DNA from: Planctomycetota bacterium
Lineage (GTDB): Bacteria; Planctomycetota; B15-G4; JADJEK01
Assembly: GCA_044225365.1 (NCBI GenBank)
Contig: JBGAIQ010000012.1
Span: forward strand, 83,345-147,344
DNA: 64,000 nucleotides
Direction of reading: 5' to 3'
Shown here in pieces: positions 39,901-49,051 of the stretch. Under the pieces are notes generated by a model. It saw only the letters and a list, made by a program, of their open reading frames with translations. It did no database searches and had not been told where the DNA came from. A program made the position numbers and the translations under genes. The number at the start of each line of letters is the position of its first letter. Position 1 is the first letter of the stretch.

Positions 39901-40305
39901 ATGACGGGCGATCTCGCACTCTCTCGCATCGCGCAGATCGCGATGAACGTGTACGACCTCGACCGCGCGGTGCGTTTCTATCGCGACGTGCTCGGCTTGA
40001 AGTTCCTCTTCTCCGCGCCTCCGCAGCTCGCATTCTTCGATTGTGCGGGCGTTCGCCTCTTGCTCGACGTCTCCAAGGAGAAGGAATTCCAGCACCCGGG
40101 ATCGATTCTGTACTTCGCTGCGGAAGAGATCGACGCGATGCATCGCGCCCTCGTCGCGCGGGGCGTCGTGTTTCGCCGGGATCCCCATCTCGTCGCGAAA
40201 CTTCCGGATCGCGAAGTGTGGATGGCGTTCTTCTCGGACACCGAGGGCAACACCCTGGCGCTGATGTCGGAGCGGAAGGCGGGAGAGATCACTTCGCGGG
40301 TTTGA
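39901..40305 (+). CDS. VOC (glyoxalase/bleomycin resistance) family protein
   Basis: QIAMNVYDLDRAVRFYRDVLGL and MAFFSDTEGN motifs. Confidence 0.9.
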   Translation: MTGDLALSRIAQIAMNVYDLDRAVRFYRDVLGLKFLFSAPPQLAFFDCAGVRLLLDVSKEKEFQHPGSILYFAAEEIDAMHRALVARGVVFRRDPHLVAKLPDREVWMAFFSDTEGNTLALMSERKAGEITSRV

Positions 40306-41455
40306 ACGCCGACGCCCCAAAGGAACGCGCAGGGCTCGCCGGCGCGACGCGCAGATCGCCCTTGCTCGGATCGCGGAAGTGTGGATCGAATCCGCCCGCT
40401 GGCTCTTTCTCCTCGACGGGCAATTTGGGCGCGCCGGCGAGCGGGTCGTCGTAGTCGAACCAGTAGTTTCGAGCGAACTCGAACGAATCGGCCGCGGTGT
40501 CGGGGCCGATGTTGACGATGTCGTGGACTTCGCTCCTTCGCAGAGCGACGAGGTTGTCGGTGAAGCGGCCGTTGCGGCAGGGGACGAATCCCGGCTGCTT
40601 CGTCTCCTGGAGGATTCGCAAGCACCATTTCGCGGGACGGTAGAACGTGTTGAAGGAGACGGTCGCGCCATCGACACCGACGAACGCAATCGGCGCCTCG
40701 GAGCCGACGAACGTGCTGCCTTCGACGATGATGTCCTTCGCTTCGTAATGCTCACCCTCGCCGAGCGCGGGCCGGAAGTACTCGAGTCCGGTCGACCCGC
40801 CGATATTGACCGCGCGCGTTCCGGCATATTCGAATCTGCATTGCGTGATGCGCACGTCGCGCGAGCCACCCTTCATCTGGATGCCGCTCGCCGCCGTGTC
40901 GATCGCTCGATCGAGGAGCGAGCAGTTTGCGATCACGCCGCGGTGGCAGCCGACCATGTCGATCGCCGAGCCGCCGCGTCCCCAGCGCTCGATCGTGCAT
41001 CCCTCGAGCAGGAAGTCGTCCACGCCCGACAGCTTGATTCCATCCTCGTTGCCGCGTTTGCCGCAATCGCGCACCGTCACGCGTCGCAACGTGACGTGAT
41101 GCGAAGGCGTCTCCATCGTTCCGGCGTCGTCGATGTTGAGTCCGTTGGCGGGAGCGCCTTCGAAGACGAGTCCCACGAGTTCGATGTACTCGACGTCCGA
41201 AGCCTGCACCCCGCTCACGATCGTGGGCGGCGACTTCTCGTCGGCCGCTTCGACGACGATCGGATGCTCGCTCGACCCCTTCACGTTCGCGACGAAGAAG
41301 CCCTCGTACCGACCGGGCGCGACCAGGATGCGCGCGCCGGGCTTCGCGTCCTTCAGCGCCGAGACCAGCGCCTCGGTCGTCGACACGGAAACGTCGCCGT
41401 CTCCTGGCGCCGTCAGGGACGAGTACAGGACGCCGGCGAGGAGGATGTCGATCAT
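40289..41455 (-). CDS. Right-handed parallel beta-helix repeat protein
   Basis: AKPGARILVAPGRY, DGIKLSGVD, IDMVGCH and GIQMKGGS beta-helix repeats. Confidence 0.8.
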   Translation of the reverse strand: MIDILLAGVLYSSLTAPGDGDVSVSTTEALVSALKDAKPGARILVAPGRYEGFFVANVKGSSEHPIVVEAADEKSPPTIVSGVQASDVEYIELVGLVFEGAPANGLNIDDAGTMETPSHHVTLRRVTVRDCGKRGNEDGIKLSGVDDFLLEGCTIERWGRGGSAIDMVGCHRGVIANCSLLDRAIDTAASGIQMKGGSRDVRITQCRFEYAGTRAVNIGGSTGLEYFRPALGEGEHYEAKDIIVEGSTFVGSEAPIAFVGVDGATVSFNTFYRPAKWCLRILQETKQPGFVPCRNGRFTDNLVALRRSEVHDIVNIGPDTAADSFEFARNYWFDYDDPLAGAPKLPVEEKEPAGGFDPHFRDPSKGDLRVAPASPARSFGASAFKPAK

Positions 41456-41535
41456 GCTTCGAGTCTACGCGAAACGAGGGATGCCGTGTTCGCGGCGGCT
41501 CCACCCGGTTCGTCGAATCGTGTAGGATTCGGCGC

Positions 41536-41958
41536 ATGGAAACGCGGAACTCGAACTGGAACTTCGGATCGTGGTTCGGATCGCAATTCGGTCTCACGGT
41601 CTGGATGCTCGTCTTCTCGATGGTGCTGGTCGCGACCGACATCGCGAGCGCCGCGGTTGCGTTCGTCGCCTTCGTTGCGGCAAATGCGGTCGGCGTCCAT
41701 CTCTGGCGACAGCGTGAGCAGCGCGATCACCTGTCGTCGTTGATGACCCTCGTGTTCGTTGCGGGAGTCGCGAGCGCGGTCACGTTCGTCACCGTCAGCG
41801 TTCGCGATGCCTGGCCGAAGGGCAGTCTCGCGGGTCTCATGAGCCTCCCCGCGAATGGGTCGAGCGGCGCCACCTATCTTTGGCTGCTCGTGTATCCCGT
41901 CGTCGGCCTCGTGATGTACCTCGCGCTGAAGAAGCGCGGTCGCAGCGTCATTTCGTGA
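41536..41958 (+). CDS. Hypothetical membrane protein (about 4 TM)
   Basis: Hydrophobic helices; TAGGAT lies 7 nt before the ATG. Confidence 0.65.
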   Translation: METRNSNWNFGSWFGSQFGLTVWMLVFSMVLVATDIASAAVAFVAFVAANAVGVHLWRQREQRDHLSSLMTLVFVAGVASAVTFVTVSVRDAWPKGSLAGLMSLPANGSSGATYLWLLVYPVVGLVMYLALKKRGRSVIS

Positions 41959-44674
41959 AGACGGTCGTCGTCAGTACCGACGGCTGAACATCGATCGTCC
42001 GCTCGGCGAACGTCGACTTCTTCGCAGTGATTCGCAGCGTGTAGCGACCTGGAACGAGGTCGGGCTCGACGATGTTCTCGTAGCCGATCGAGATGAACTT
42101 ACCGAGGATACGGCCGTATCCGCCGCCACCGATGATCACGATCGAGCGGTTCACGATCACGTGATCGGAGGATTCGATCTCGAGCCCCGCCATCTCGAAT
42201 TCGTCTTTCGAGTAGCCGTCGAAGCGAACGAGCAATCGCCCCGCGGGCGCCAGCGCGACTTCGTGGGTGAGAGGCGAGCCGGCGATCAGGGCGACCTCGA
42301 ACTCCTCGGGCGCGTAGATGTTGCTCGCCTTCAGGCGTGTGGCGTCGTCGTCGCTCGCGATCTGGATCTTCCATCGGCCGGGGGAGAGTCCGTCGAGGAC
42401 GATTCGCCGCTCGGTCCATCGCTTCTTGTCGTTGATCGGCTGGAGGGAAGGATCGTCGAGCGAAGTCATGACCACACGGACGGAGGGGTCGTCGTGGAGC
42501 ATCGGCGAGGTCGTCGTGAGGACGAGTGTTGCGGTCTCGCCCGCGGAAGAGAAGTCGGCGACTCTTCGCGTTTGCTCGCCGCGCCCTTTCGCCGGAATGT
42601 CCATCTCGATCGATCGCCGGCCGGGCGAGTTCACGACGACATGCAAGTCCATCTCGGGCGTGCACAGGAAGCCGACCTCGCCGCCCGTCTCCAGGAAGCG
42701 ATGCTCGAACCCGTTCTCTTCGACGACGAAGGAGACGCCGGGCAAGAGCGCGCCGTTGCGCTCGGCGACGAGCGTGACGAGTTGTGAACCGTCGTCGAGG
42801 ACCACGTTCTTCGCGGGCGCCGTGACTTCCACGATCGCACTGCGCTGAAGCGGCACGTAGCGACCGCCGACGTGCTCGACTGCGATCTCGTGTTTGCCGG
42901 GCTCGATCCCGACGAATTCGAAGCGGCCGTTCGCATCCGCCATGGCGGAACGGATCCTGCGTTCGAAGCGGTCGCCGATGCGATCGAGCGAATCGAAATT
43001 CGTGGGCGTCGCGCCCCTCGGCACAGAAGCACGCGGGTCCAAGACGATCGAGCTTCCTCGCGGCGAGATTCCCGCCGGCACCTTCAGGATCCCGGACAGA
43101 CTCACGCCGCGTTTCTCCAGCGTGATCGTCCCGACGTCGATCGATTCCCCGCGCCTCGCGAATCCCGTCGCGACGGCCGCCGACAAGCGCGGATGCGACA
43201 CCACGACGAGCACTTCGCCCTCGGCGTCGATCATCGTTTCGAATCGACCCGTGGATTCGAGTCGCGTTTCCATGCACGCCTCGGCCTCGGGGCGATCGAA
43301 CGCGGCCCTCTCGAAGATGCCGACCTGGAATTCCCAATCGCTATTAGGAGCGGGCAACGCGACCTGCCCCGTCACGGTGGCGCCGAGCGTGGGAGTGAAA
43401 TCGCGGTGGATCTCGATGCGCTCGTCGGGCGCACGCGTCTTGAAGGCCTCCTCGGGCAGCCAGCGCTCCGTCTTGGCGAAGACGAGCGGGTGACGCACGG
43501 TGACGTCGAGCCAGGGTCGCTTCGGTCGTTCGTCCTGTTCTTTCGTCGTCGGGACCGAGGCTTCGATCGAGCTGCCGACCGCGACGATCCTTATCGGCGG
43601 GGCCTCGAATCGCGAGGTGAGGTCGACGACGAACGAGCCGTCCGCTTCAACGGGCGCGTTCAGCGATGCCGTGCGATTCTCGAGCTGGATCGCGAGCTTC
43701 GCGGATTCGGGATGGTGCGCGCCGAGACCGAGGATGCGACCAACGAGATAGAACCCGGGAGGGCCGGAATTGCTTTCGCCGGTCGAAACGGTCGCGGGAA
43801 CGGCGTCGCGTACTTGTTCGTCCGCGGCGGCGGGGCTCGACAGCAACGGTGCGTCCGTCGCGATCTGCGGCGGTGTCGGCGCGGTCGAGGAGGCGTTCGA
43901 AGGCGAGCCCGCCTCCCCGCGAGGGCGCAGCGCATTCGCCGTTCCGAGCACGACGACGATCGCCGCCATCACCGCGATCCAGGTCTTCGCCGACATGAGT
44001 CCTCCGATCGCGAGCAGGCTCGCGCCGCCGAACAGGAGTTTCGCCTTCGCCACTCGCGTCGCCTCGTCGAGCACCGCGGCCTTCATCGCGGCGTGACCGC
44101 GGGATGGCCATGCGAGCACGAGCGCACCTCCGAGCGACGGAGGGAGCGCCGCTCGCAACAGGTCGAGTCCGCGGTGGAGTTGGATGCGAACCGTTCCCGG
44201 CGAGCGCGAGAGATCGGTGGCGACGTCTCCCGGCTTCATGCCATCGAGGACGACGCGGCGCACGACTTCGCGATAGAGCTCGGGAAGGCCGACGATGGCG
44301 GAGGAGATCGCGACGCGAGCCTCGTCCGCCATCGCGGCCCGTTCGGGATTCGGCGCGCTCGAAATGGACTCGAGTTCTGCGTGATGCGCTCGGCCCGAAC
44401 GAGCGGCATCGCGACGCGCCTTGCTTCCCTGTTTCGCGAGGATTCCGAGGAGCCACGGCATCAGCGGTCGATTCACATCGAAGCGCCGAGCATTCGTCAA
44501 CGCCGCAACGAAGGTCGCCTGGACCAGGTCCTCCGCGGAGGCGATGTCCCCGACGAGTCGCGTCGCGACGCGCATCATCTCCGGCGCGGCACGATCGAAG
44601 AGCGCCTCGAAGGCGGCGATATCGCCGTCGTCGACGAAGCGGCGAAAGAGAATGGCGAGCGGGATCGTGTCCAC
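41948..44674 (-). CDS. ECF sigma-70 factor fused to TM and extracytoplasmic beta-sandwich repeats
   Basis: AEDLVQATFV, PWLLGIL and DVATDLSRSPGTVRIQLHRG; TM segment; carboxypeptidase-regulatory-like modules. Confidence 0.85.
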   Translation of the reverse strand: MDTIPLAILFRRFVDDGDIAAFEALFDRAAPEMMRVATRLVGDIASAEDLVQATFVAALTNARRFDVNRPLMPWLLGILAKQGSKARRDAARSGRAHHAELESISSAPNPERAAMADEARVAISSAIVGLPELYREVVRRVVLDGMKPGDVATDLSRSPGTVRIQLHRGLDLLRAALPPSLGGALVLAWPSRGHAAMKAAVLDEATRVAKAKLLFGGASLLAIGGLMSAKTWIAVMAAIVVVLGTANALRPRGEAGSPSNASSTAPTPPQIATDAPLLSSPAAADEQVRDAVPATVSTGESNSGPPGFYLVGRILGLGAHHPESAKLAIQLENRTASLNAPVEADGSFVVDLTSRFEAPPIRIVAVGSSIEASVPTTKEQDERPKRPWLDVTVRHPLVFAKTERWLPEEAFKTRAPDERIEIHRDFTPTLGATVTGQVALPAPNSDWEFQVGIFERAAFDRPEAEACMETRLESTGRFETMIDAEGEVLVVVSHPRLSAAVATGFARRGESIDVGTITLEKRGVSLSGILKVPAGISPRGSSIVLDPRASVPRGATPTNFDSLDRIGDRFERRIRSAMADANGRFEFVGIEPGKHEIAVEHVGGRYVPLQRSAIVEVTAPAKNVVLDDGSQLVTLVAERNGALLPGVSFVVEENGFEHRFLETGGEVGFLCTPEMDLHVVVNSPGRRSIEMDIPAKGRGEQTRRVADFSSAGETATLVLTTTSPMLHDDPSVRVVMTSLDDPSLQPINDKKRWTERRIVLDGLSPGRWKIQIASDDDATRLKASNIYAPEEFEVALIAGSPLTHEVALAPAGRLLVRFDGYSKDEFEMAGLEIESSDHVIVNRSIVIIGGGGYGRILGKFISIGYENIVEPDLVPGRYTLRITAKKSTFAERTIDVQPSVLTTTVFTK

Positions 44675-44682
44675 GCCCTTAC

Positions 44683-44708
44683 TTACCTCCCGGGGCGGAT
44701 TCGTTACA
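44683..44708 (-). promoter_or_regulatory. Putative ECF promoter TGTAAC-N16-GTAA
   Basis: Conserved with 47481-47506 at identical spacing; 8 nt upstream of the GTG start. Confidence 0.6.
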
Positions 44709-44735
44709 CGCTCCCGGCGGGGGATCCGCGAATTC

Positions 44736-47471
44736 CTACGGTCGCAGAACGGCGTTCGTCGTCTTGCCGGCTGCGAGCGTGACCGTCAGGGGTGCGAGAG
44801 GATGCTCGTGGCTGCGCGACGTGATCGTATACGTGCCCGGTGGAACGTTCGGAATCATGTAGTTCGTGGTGCCCGGTTCGAGGCGACGTGAGCGAACGTA
44901 GCCCGGCTTCACCCACGCCGAGAATTCGCGGTCGACGCGCTCGCCCTGCGCGTTCGTCACTTCGACTTCGATCAGGTCCCCGTCGAGCGGGCGCAAGGGC
45001 ATCCCCTCGGTCGAGATCGTGAGGCGGGCGACCTGCGGCATTCGCAATTGGATTTGCGTCGTTTGCTGCGACGCCAGATCGACGTCGAAGTCCTCCTCGG
45101 CGATCACCGGCCCGAACATCGCGGCGGGCTCGCGACCCTCGGCGCCGGGCTCGACGTGGACGTGGACTTTGCCGGGCTCGAGATCGCGCAGCAGCAGATG
45201 GCCGCTCGTGAAGCGCCGTGTCACGATGATCGGCGACGCTGCGGACTCGCCGGTTCGACTCGGCGAGATGGTGATGGCGACGACGCCGTCGAAGTCCTGG
45301 TTGGCCTGCGGTGCCACGAGCTCGAGCGCCGCATCGGCCGCCCTCGTCGCGAAGTCCGCGTGGTACGTCGATTCGAAGACGCGCGACGCCGCCGGAATCT
45401 TCAGGACGATGGGAGTCGATCCGGGACGTGTGACGGTGGCCGTCACATCGACGTCGGAGTAGGCGAGGAATCGCAGCTCGCCGCCGTCGCGACTCGAGAA
45501 TCCGGTGCGATCGCGCGCGGTCTCGATCTCGATCTTCGCCCCCGTGTCGGGCGCGCCGTTCTTGGTCACGAGGATCCGGATCGACTGGACGTTCTCGCCG
45601 AGCACGACATCGCTGTGCGGCGCAGTGACACGGATCGGCTCCTTCGGCTTCATCAGGAACGAGTCGTCGCCCGTGAGCGGCAAGGAGAGCTGATATTCGC
45701 CGGGTTCGAGTCCATCGATCGAGAACTCGCCCGCCGAATCGGACTGCGCGCTGCCCGACGCCACGTGCCATCCATCCGCGCCGTGGGTCATGCCGCCGAA
45801 CGTGACGAGCTTCTCTCCCGCATCGCGCTTCGCTTCTCGGCGGGCATGGATCCGGCATTCGTCGGATCGCAGCGGCGAGGGGAACCGGACGCGCCCCGCG
45901 ATCGCGACGCCTCCGCGAGAAGGGCGGAGGATCCCGACGTCGAGCGTCTCGCCGAGTCTCGCGCGACCCTTGGCGACCGCGGGTTGCAGACCCTGGTGAT
46001 ACGTCACGACCTCCACGTCGCCCTCGATCTCCGAGGCGACGACGAAGCGCCCATTCGCATCGGTCGTCGCCGTGAACCGTGGTTCGATCACCTTGCCCGC
46101 GAACGAGCTCGCGTCGAAGATGCCGACCATCGTCTCGCCGGTTTCTCCATCGTCCCGCTTCACCTCGCCTTGGATCACGCTCGCGAGCGATACGTCGATG
46201 TCGCGACGGACCTCGCGCGGCGCGTTCGCGTCTCGCAGCGAAGGGCGCACATCCGCGAAAGGATGACGGTGCACGCGCGGCTCGACGAATTCGTGCCGAA
46301 CGAGGATCGCGAGATCGTCGCTCGTCGCGGAATGCGGCTCGCTGGCCTGCTCCGTGGTGATGCGCCCGGGGCCGGCCGTTTTGGTCTCCCGCTCGCCGGC
46401 GATGGCTCCTTCTGCGAGAAGCGGCGCGAGATCGCACTCGTACGACCCATCGGGGTGGACGGGCACGCGCAACGGACTCGATCCTCGCAACGAGACCTCG
46501 AGCGTTGCAGATTCGGGATGGTGGTTCTCGAGCCCCTTCACGCGCCCGAAGAGGCGAAGTGTCGCCGCCGCGGCGGGTTCGCGCGAAGCGTCCTTGGAGG
46601 CGGCTTCCATCCGTCGAACGGGATCGCTCGTGGGAGCCGAGACGGTGCTCCGATCGTCGCGGACCGATTCGACGGTCGGTGACCTTGCGGACGTTGGGGC
46701 CGAACTCGGAGCAACGCCCGGTCGCCCGCCGCCATCGTGCGAGAGATAGGAATAACCGAGGGCCGCGAGCAGCGCCGCGACGAGACCGAACTTGAGCGAC
46801 ATGAGGCCTCCTCCCGCTAGGAGCGGGGCAAGGGCTCCCGCGGCGGTCTTGGTTCTCGTGAGTCCCTTCGCGTACTCGAGGACTCTCTCCTTGATCGCGC
46901 CTTCGCCCCGCGAGGGCAAGGCGAGCACGAGCGCGGTGGCGAGCGAGGGCGGCAGCGACGAGCGCAGGAGGTGCAGTCCGCGTTGGAGCTGCATCCGAAC
47001 CGTTCCGGGAGGCCGCCGAAGTTCGTTCGCGATGTCGATCGGCTTCTTGCCGTCGAGGACGCGCTGCATGACTTCGCGATAGAGCATGGGCAGCGAATCG
47101 AGCGCGGCGAGAAGGGCGTTCTTCTGTTCCGTATCGACGATTCGATGGGTCGGATCGACGATGGGTTCGGCCTCGATGCGCGCGGGATCGATCCTTCGGC
47201 GGGCACTGCGCCGCGACTTCGCCGCGAGCTTGGTCAGGATGCCGACGAGCCACGGGACGAGGCGCTGTTTCGCATCGAATCGATGGCGGCTCGTGAGCGC
47301 GGCGACGAACGTCGCTTGGACGAGGTCGTCGGCATCGGTCACGTCGCTCGTGAGGCGTGCCGCGAGGGCGAGCAGTTCGGGCGCGGTGCGGTCGAAGACG
47401 GCCTCGAGCGCGGCGAGGTCGCCCTCGTCACGGAAGCGGAGGAACAGCGTTTCGAGGGTGATCTCGTCCAC
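44736..47471 (-). CDS. ECF sigma-70 factor fused to TM and extracytoplasmic beta-sandwich repeats (tandem paralog)
   Basis: ADDLVQATFV, PWLVGIL and DIANELRRPPGTVRMQLQRG; same architecture as the downstream gene. Confidence 0.85.
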   Translation of the reverse strand: MDEITLETLFLRFRDEGDLAALEAVFDRTAPELLALAARLTSDVTDADDLVQATFVAALTSRHRFDAKQRLVPWLVGILTKLAAKSRRSARRRIDPARIEAEPIVDPTHRIVDTEQKNALLAALDSLPMLYREVMQRVLDGKKPIDIANELRRPPGTVRMQLQRGLHLLRSSLPPSLATALVLALPSRGEGAIKERVLEYAKGLTRTKTAAGALAPLLAGGGLMSLKFGLVAALLAALGYSYLSHDGGGRPGVAPSSAPTSARSPTVESVRDDRSTVSAPTSDPVRRMEAASKDASREPAAAATLRLFGRVKGLENHHPESATLEVSLRGSSPLRVPVHPDGSYECDLAPLLAEGAIAGERETKTAGPGRITTEQASEPHSATSDDLAILVRHEFVEPRVHRHPFADVRPSLRDANAPREVRRDIDVSLASVIQGEVKRDDGETGETMVGIFDASSFAGKVIEPRFTATTDANGRFVVASEIEGDVEVVTYHQGLQPAVAKGRARLGETLDVGILRPSRGGVAIAGRVRFPSPLRSDECRIHARREAKRDAGEKLVTFGGMTHGADGWHVASGSAQSDSAGEFSIDGLEPGEYQLSLPLTGDDSFLMKPKEPIRVTAPHSDVVLGENVQSIRILVTKNGAPDTGAKIEIETARDRTGFSSRDGGELRFLAYSDVDVTATVTRPGSTPIVLKIPAASRVFESTYHADFATRAADAALELVAPQANQDFDGVVAITISPSRTGESAASPIIVTRRFTSGHLLLRDLEPGKVHVHVEPGAEGREPAAMFGPVIAEEDFDVDLASQQTTQIQLRMPQVARLTISTEGMPLRPLDGDLIEVEVTNAQGERVDREFSAWVKPGYVRSRRLEPGTTNYMIPNVPPGTYTITSRSHEHPLAPLTVTLAAGKTTNAVLRP

Positions 47472-47480
47472 GCCCTTCTC

Positions 47481-47506
47481 TTACCGCGAAGGGCGGGATC
47501 GTCACA
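47481..47506 (-). promoter_or_regulatory. Putative ECF promoter TGTGAC-N16-GTAA
   Basis: Conserved with 44683-44708; 9 nt upstream of the GTG start. Confidence 0.6.
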
Positions 47507-47521
47507 CGAATCCGCGAGAGG

Positions 47522-49027
47522 TCAGTGTTTTTCGCCGCCGGGAGCCGGCGGTGGGGAAGGAGCGGCGCCGGGCGCGATCGCTGGAATCGCAAGCTGTCCC
47601 TGTCGCGCATAGTCGATCGCCTCGGCGAGGATACGCGCGACTTCTTGCGGCGCATGGAAGCCCATCGAGTTCTCGGCGGCGACGAAATCGCAACGCCATT
47701 GCGCCTTGCGATGGAGCGCGCGCGCGGCCTTGAGCTGGTCGTCGGTGCCGCCCGCAGCCTTGGCCTTCTCGAGCGCGTTGATGAGGTCGACCGTGGCATT
47801 CTCGGCGCGATCGAGCAGCGCATGCGAGCGTTCCTGGATCGTCGTCACGCGGGCGAGGATCTCGGTCTCCGGCACGACGTGACACGTCTGGCAGGCGCGG
47901 TTCACGTTGAGCAGCGGGCTGCGCACGTGGTGGTCGCTGATCTTCACGGCGCCTTCGCGCATGTACGGCATGTGACAGTCCGCGCACGCCACTCCGGCCC
48001 GGGCGTGAATGCCCTGGCTCCACATCTCGAATTCGGGATGTTGCGCCTTCAAGGTGTTCGCACCGCTCTTCGCGTGCACCCAGTCCTTGTGGCCGACGTC
48101 GTCGTAGTAGCGTTCGATCTGTTCGACCTTCAGCCCGTTCATCCACGGATACGTGAGCAGCTTGCCGTCGCCCTTGAAGTAGTACTCGACGTGGCACTGC
48201 GCGCAGACGAGGCTGCGCAGTTCCTGGCGCGATGCTTCGGCATTGGGATCGTAATCACCTTTCATGCCGCCTTTTCGCCAACGCTCGATCGATGGCAGGT
48301 GCGGGACGGGATCGTCGCTCTTCGCGAGCGCGCGAAGGCCATTCAGGACGCCTGGCCGCGTGATGCGCAGCTGCATCGAATCGGGATCGTGGCAGTCGAG
48401 GCACGTCACGGGATGATCGACGAGCTTGGTCGCGTCGTTGTACGGCATCGCGCAGACCTTCTCGAATCCGGCGAAGAGCTGCGCCTGGCCGTTCGCGGAG
48501 AGCAGCGGATCCGTGAGCGCGCCGGGAGCGCCGGCCTTCAGGCCCTGATCGCGGTAGGCGGGGATGTTGGACGCGTGGCAATGCAGGCACGCGCCGGGCT
48601 GTGCTTTCTTCGTGACGCGCTCCGTCTCGCGCTGATCCTTCAGCATGTACGCGTGGCCGCGATCCTCGCGATAGTCGATGGAGAACGCGTAGCCCGCGAA
48701 GATCGTTCGCAGCTTCGGGTCGTCGTCGAGCTTCTGAATCGCTTCGGAGCCGCCGAACTTCGTGCGTTCGACGTCGACGGTGCGGCGGTAGGCGTCGTAC
48801 TGCCGCGGGTAGTTCTTGCCCCATTCCGCGGGGTCGACCGTCGTCTCGTCGAGATTGGCGACGCGGAAGACGGTCTCGCGCGCTTCGACCTTGCGGTCGC
48901 GAATGTTCTCGATGAGGAGAAGGCCGCCCACGGTCGCGAGCGCGGATCCGACGAGCAGGATTGCCGGGATCCCGATTCCGCCGCGAGTTCGATTCCGAAT
49001 GAGGAAGGGCCGATTCGATTCGTTCAT
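47522..49027 (-). CDS. nrfA: Ammonia-forming cytochrome c nitrite reductase, catalytic subunit
   Basis: Five heme motifs (CLHCH, CLDCH, CAQCH, CADCH, CQTCH); FAGYAFS..Y.EDRGH; KAQHPEFE; AENSMGFHAP. Confidence 0.93.
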   Translation of the reverse strand: MNESNRPFLIRNRTRGGIGIPAILLVGSALATVGGLLLIENIRDRKVEARETVFRVANLDETTVDPAEWGKNYPRQYDAYRRTVDVERTKFGGSEAIQKLDDDPKLRTIFAGYAFSIDYREDRGHAYMLKDQRETERVTKKAQPGACLHCHASNIPAYRDQGLKAGAPGALTDPLLSANGQAQLFAGFEKVCAMPYNDATKLVDHPVTCLDCHDPDSMQLRITRPGVLNGLRALAKSDDPVPHLPSIERWRKGGMKGDYDPNAEASRQELRSLVCAQCHVEYYFKGDGKLLTYPWMNGLKVEQIERYYDDVGHKDWVHAKSGANTLKAQHPEFEMWSQGIHARAGVACADCHMPYMREGAVKISDHHVRSPLLNVNRACQTCHVVPETEILARVTTIQERSHALLDRAENATVDLINALEKAKAAGGTDDQLKAARALHRKAQWRCDFVAAENSMGFHAPQEVARILAEAIDYARQGQLAIPAIAPGAAPSPPPAPGGEKH

Positions 49028-49051
49028 CTTCGTGCTCTCGTTCAAGCGGGA

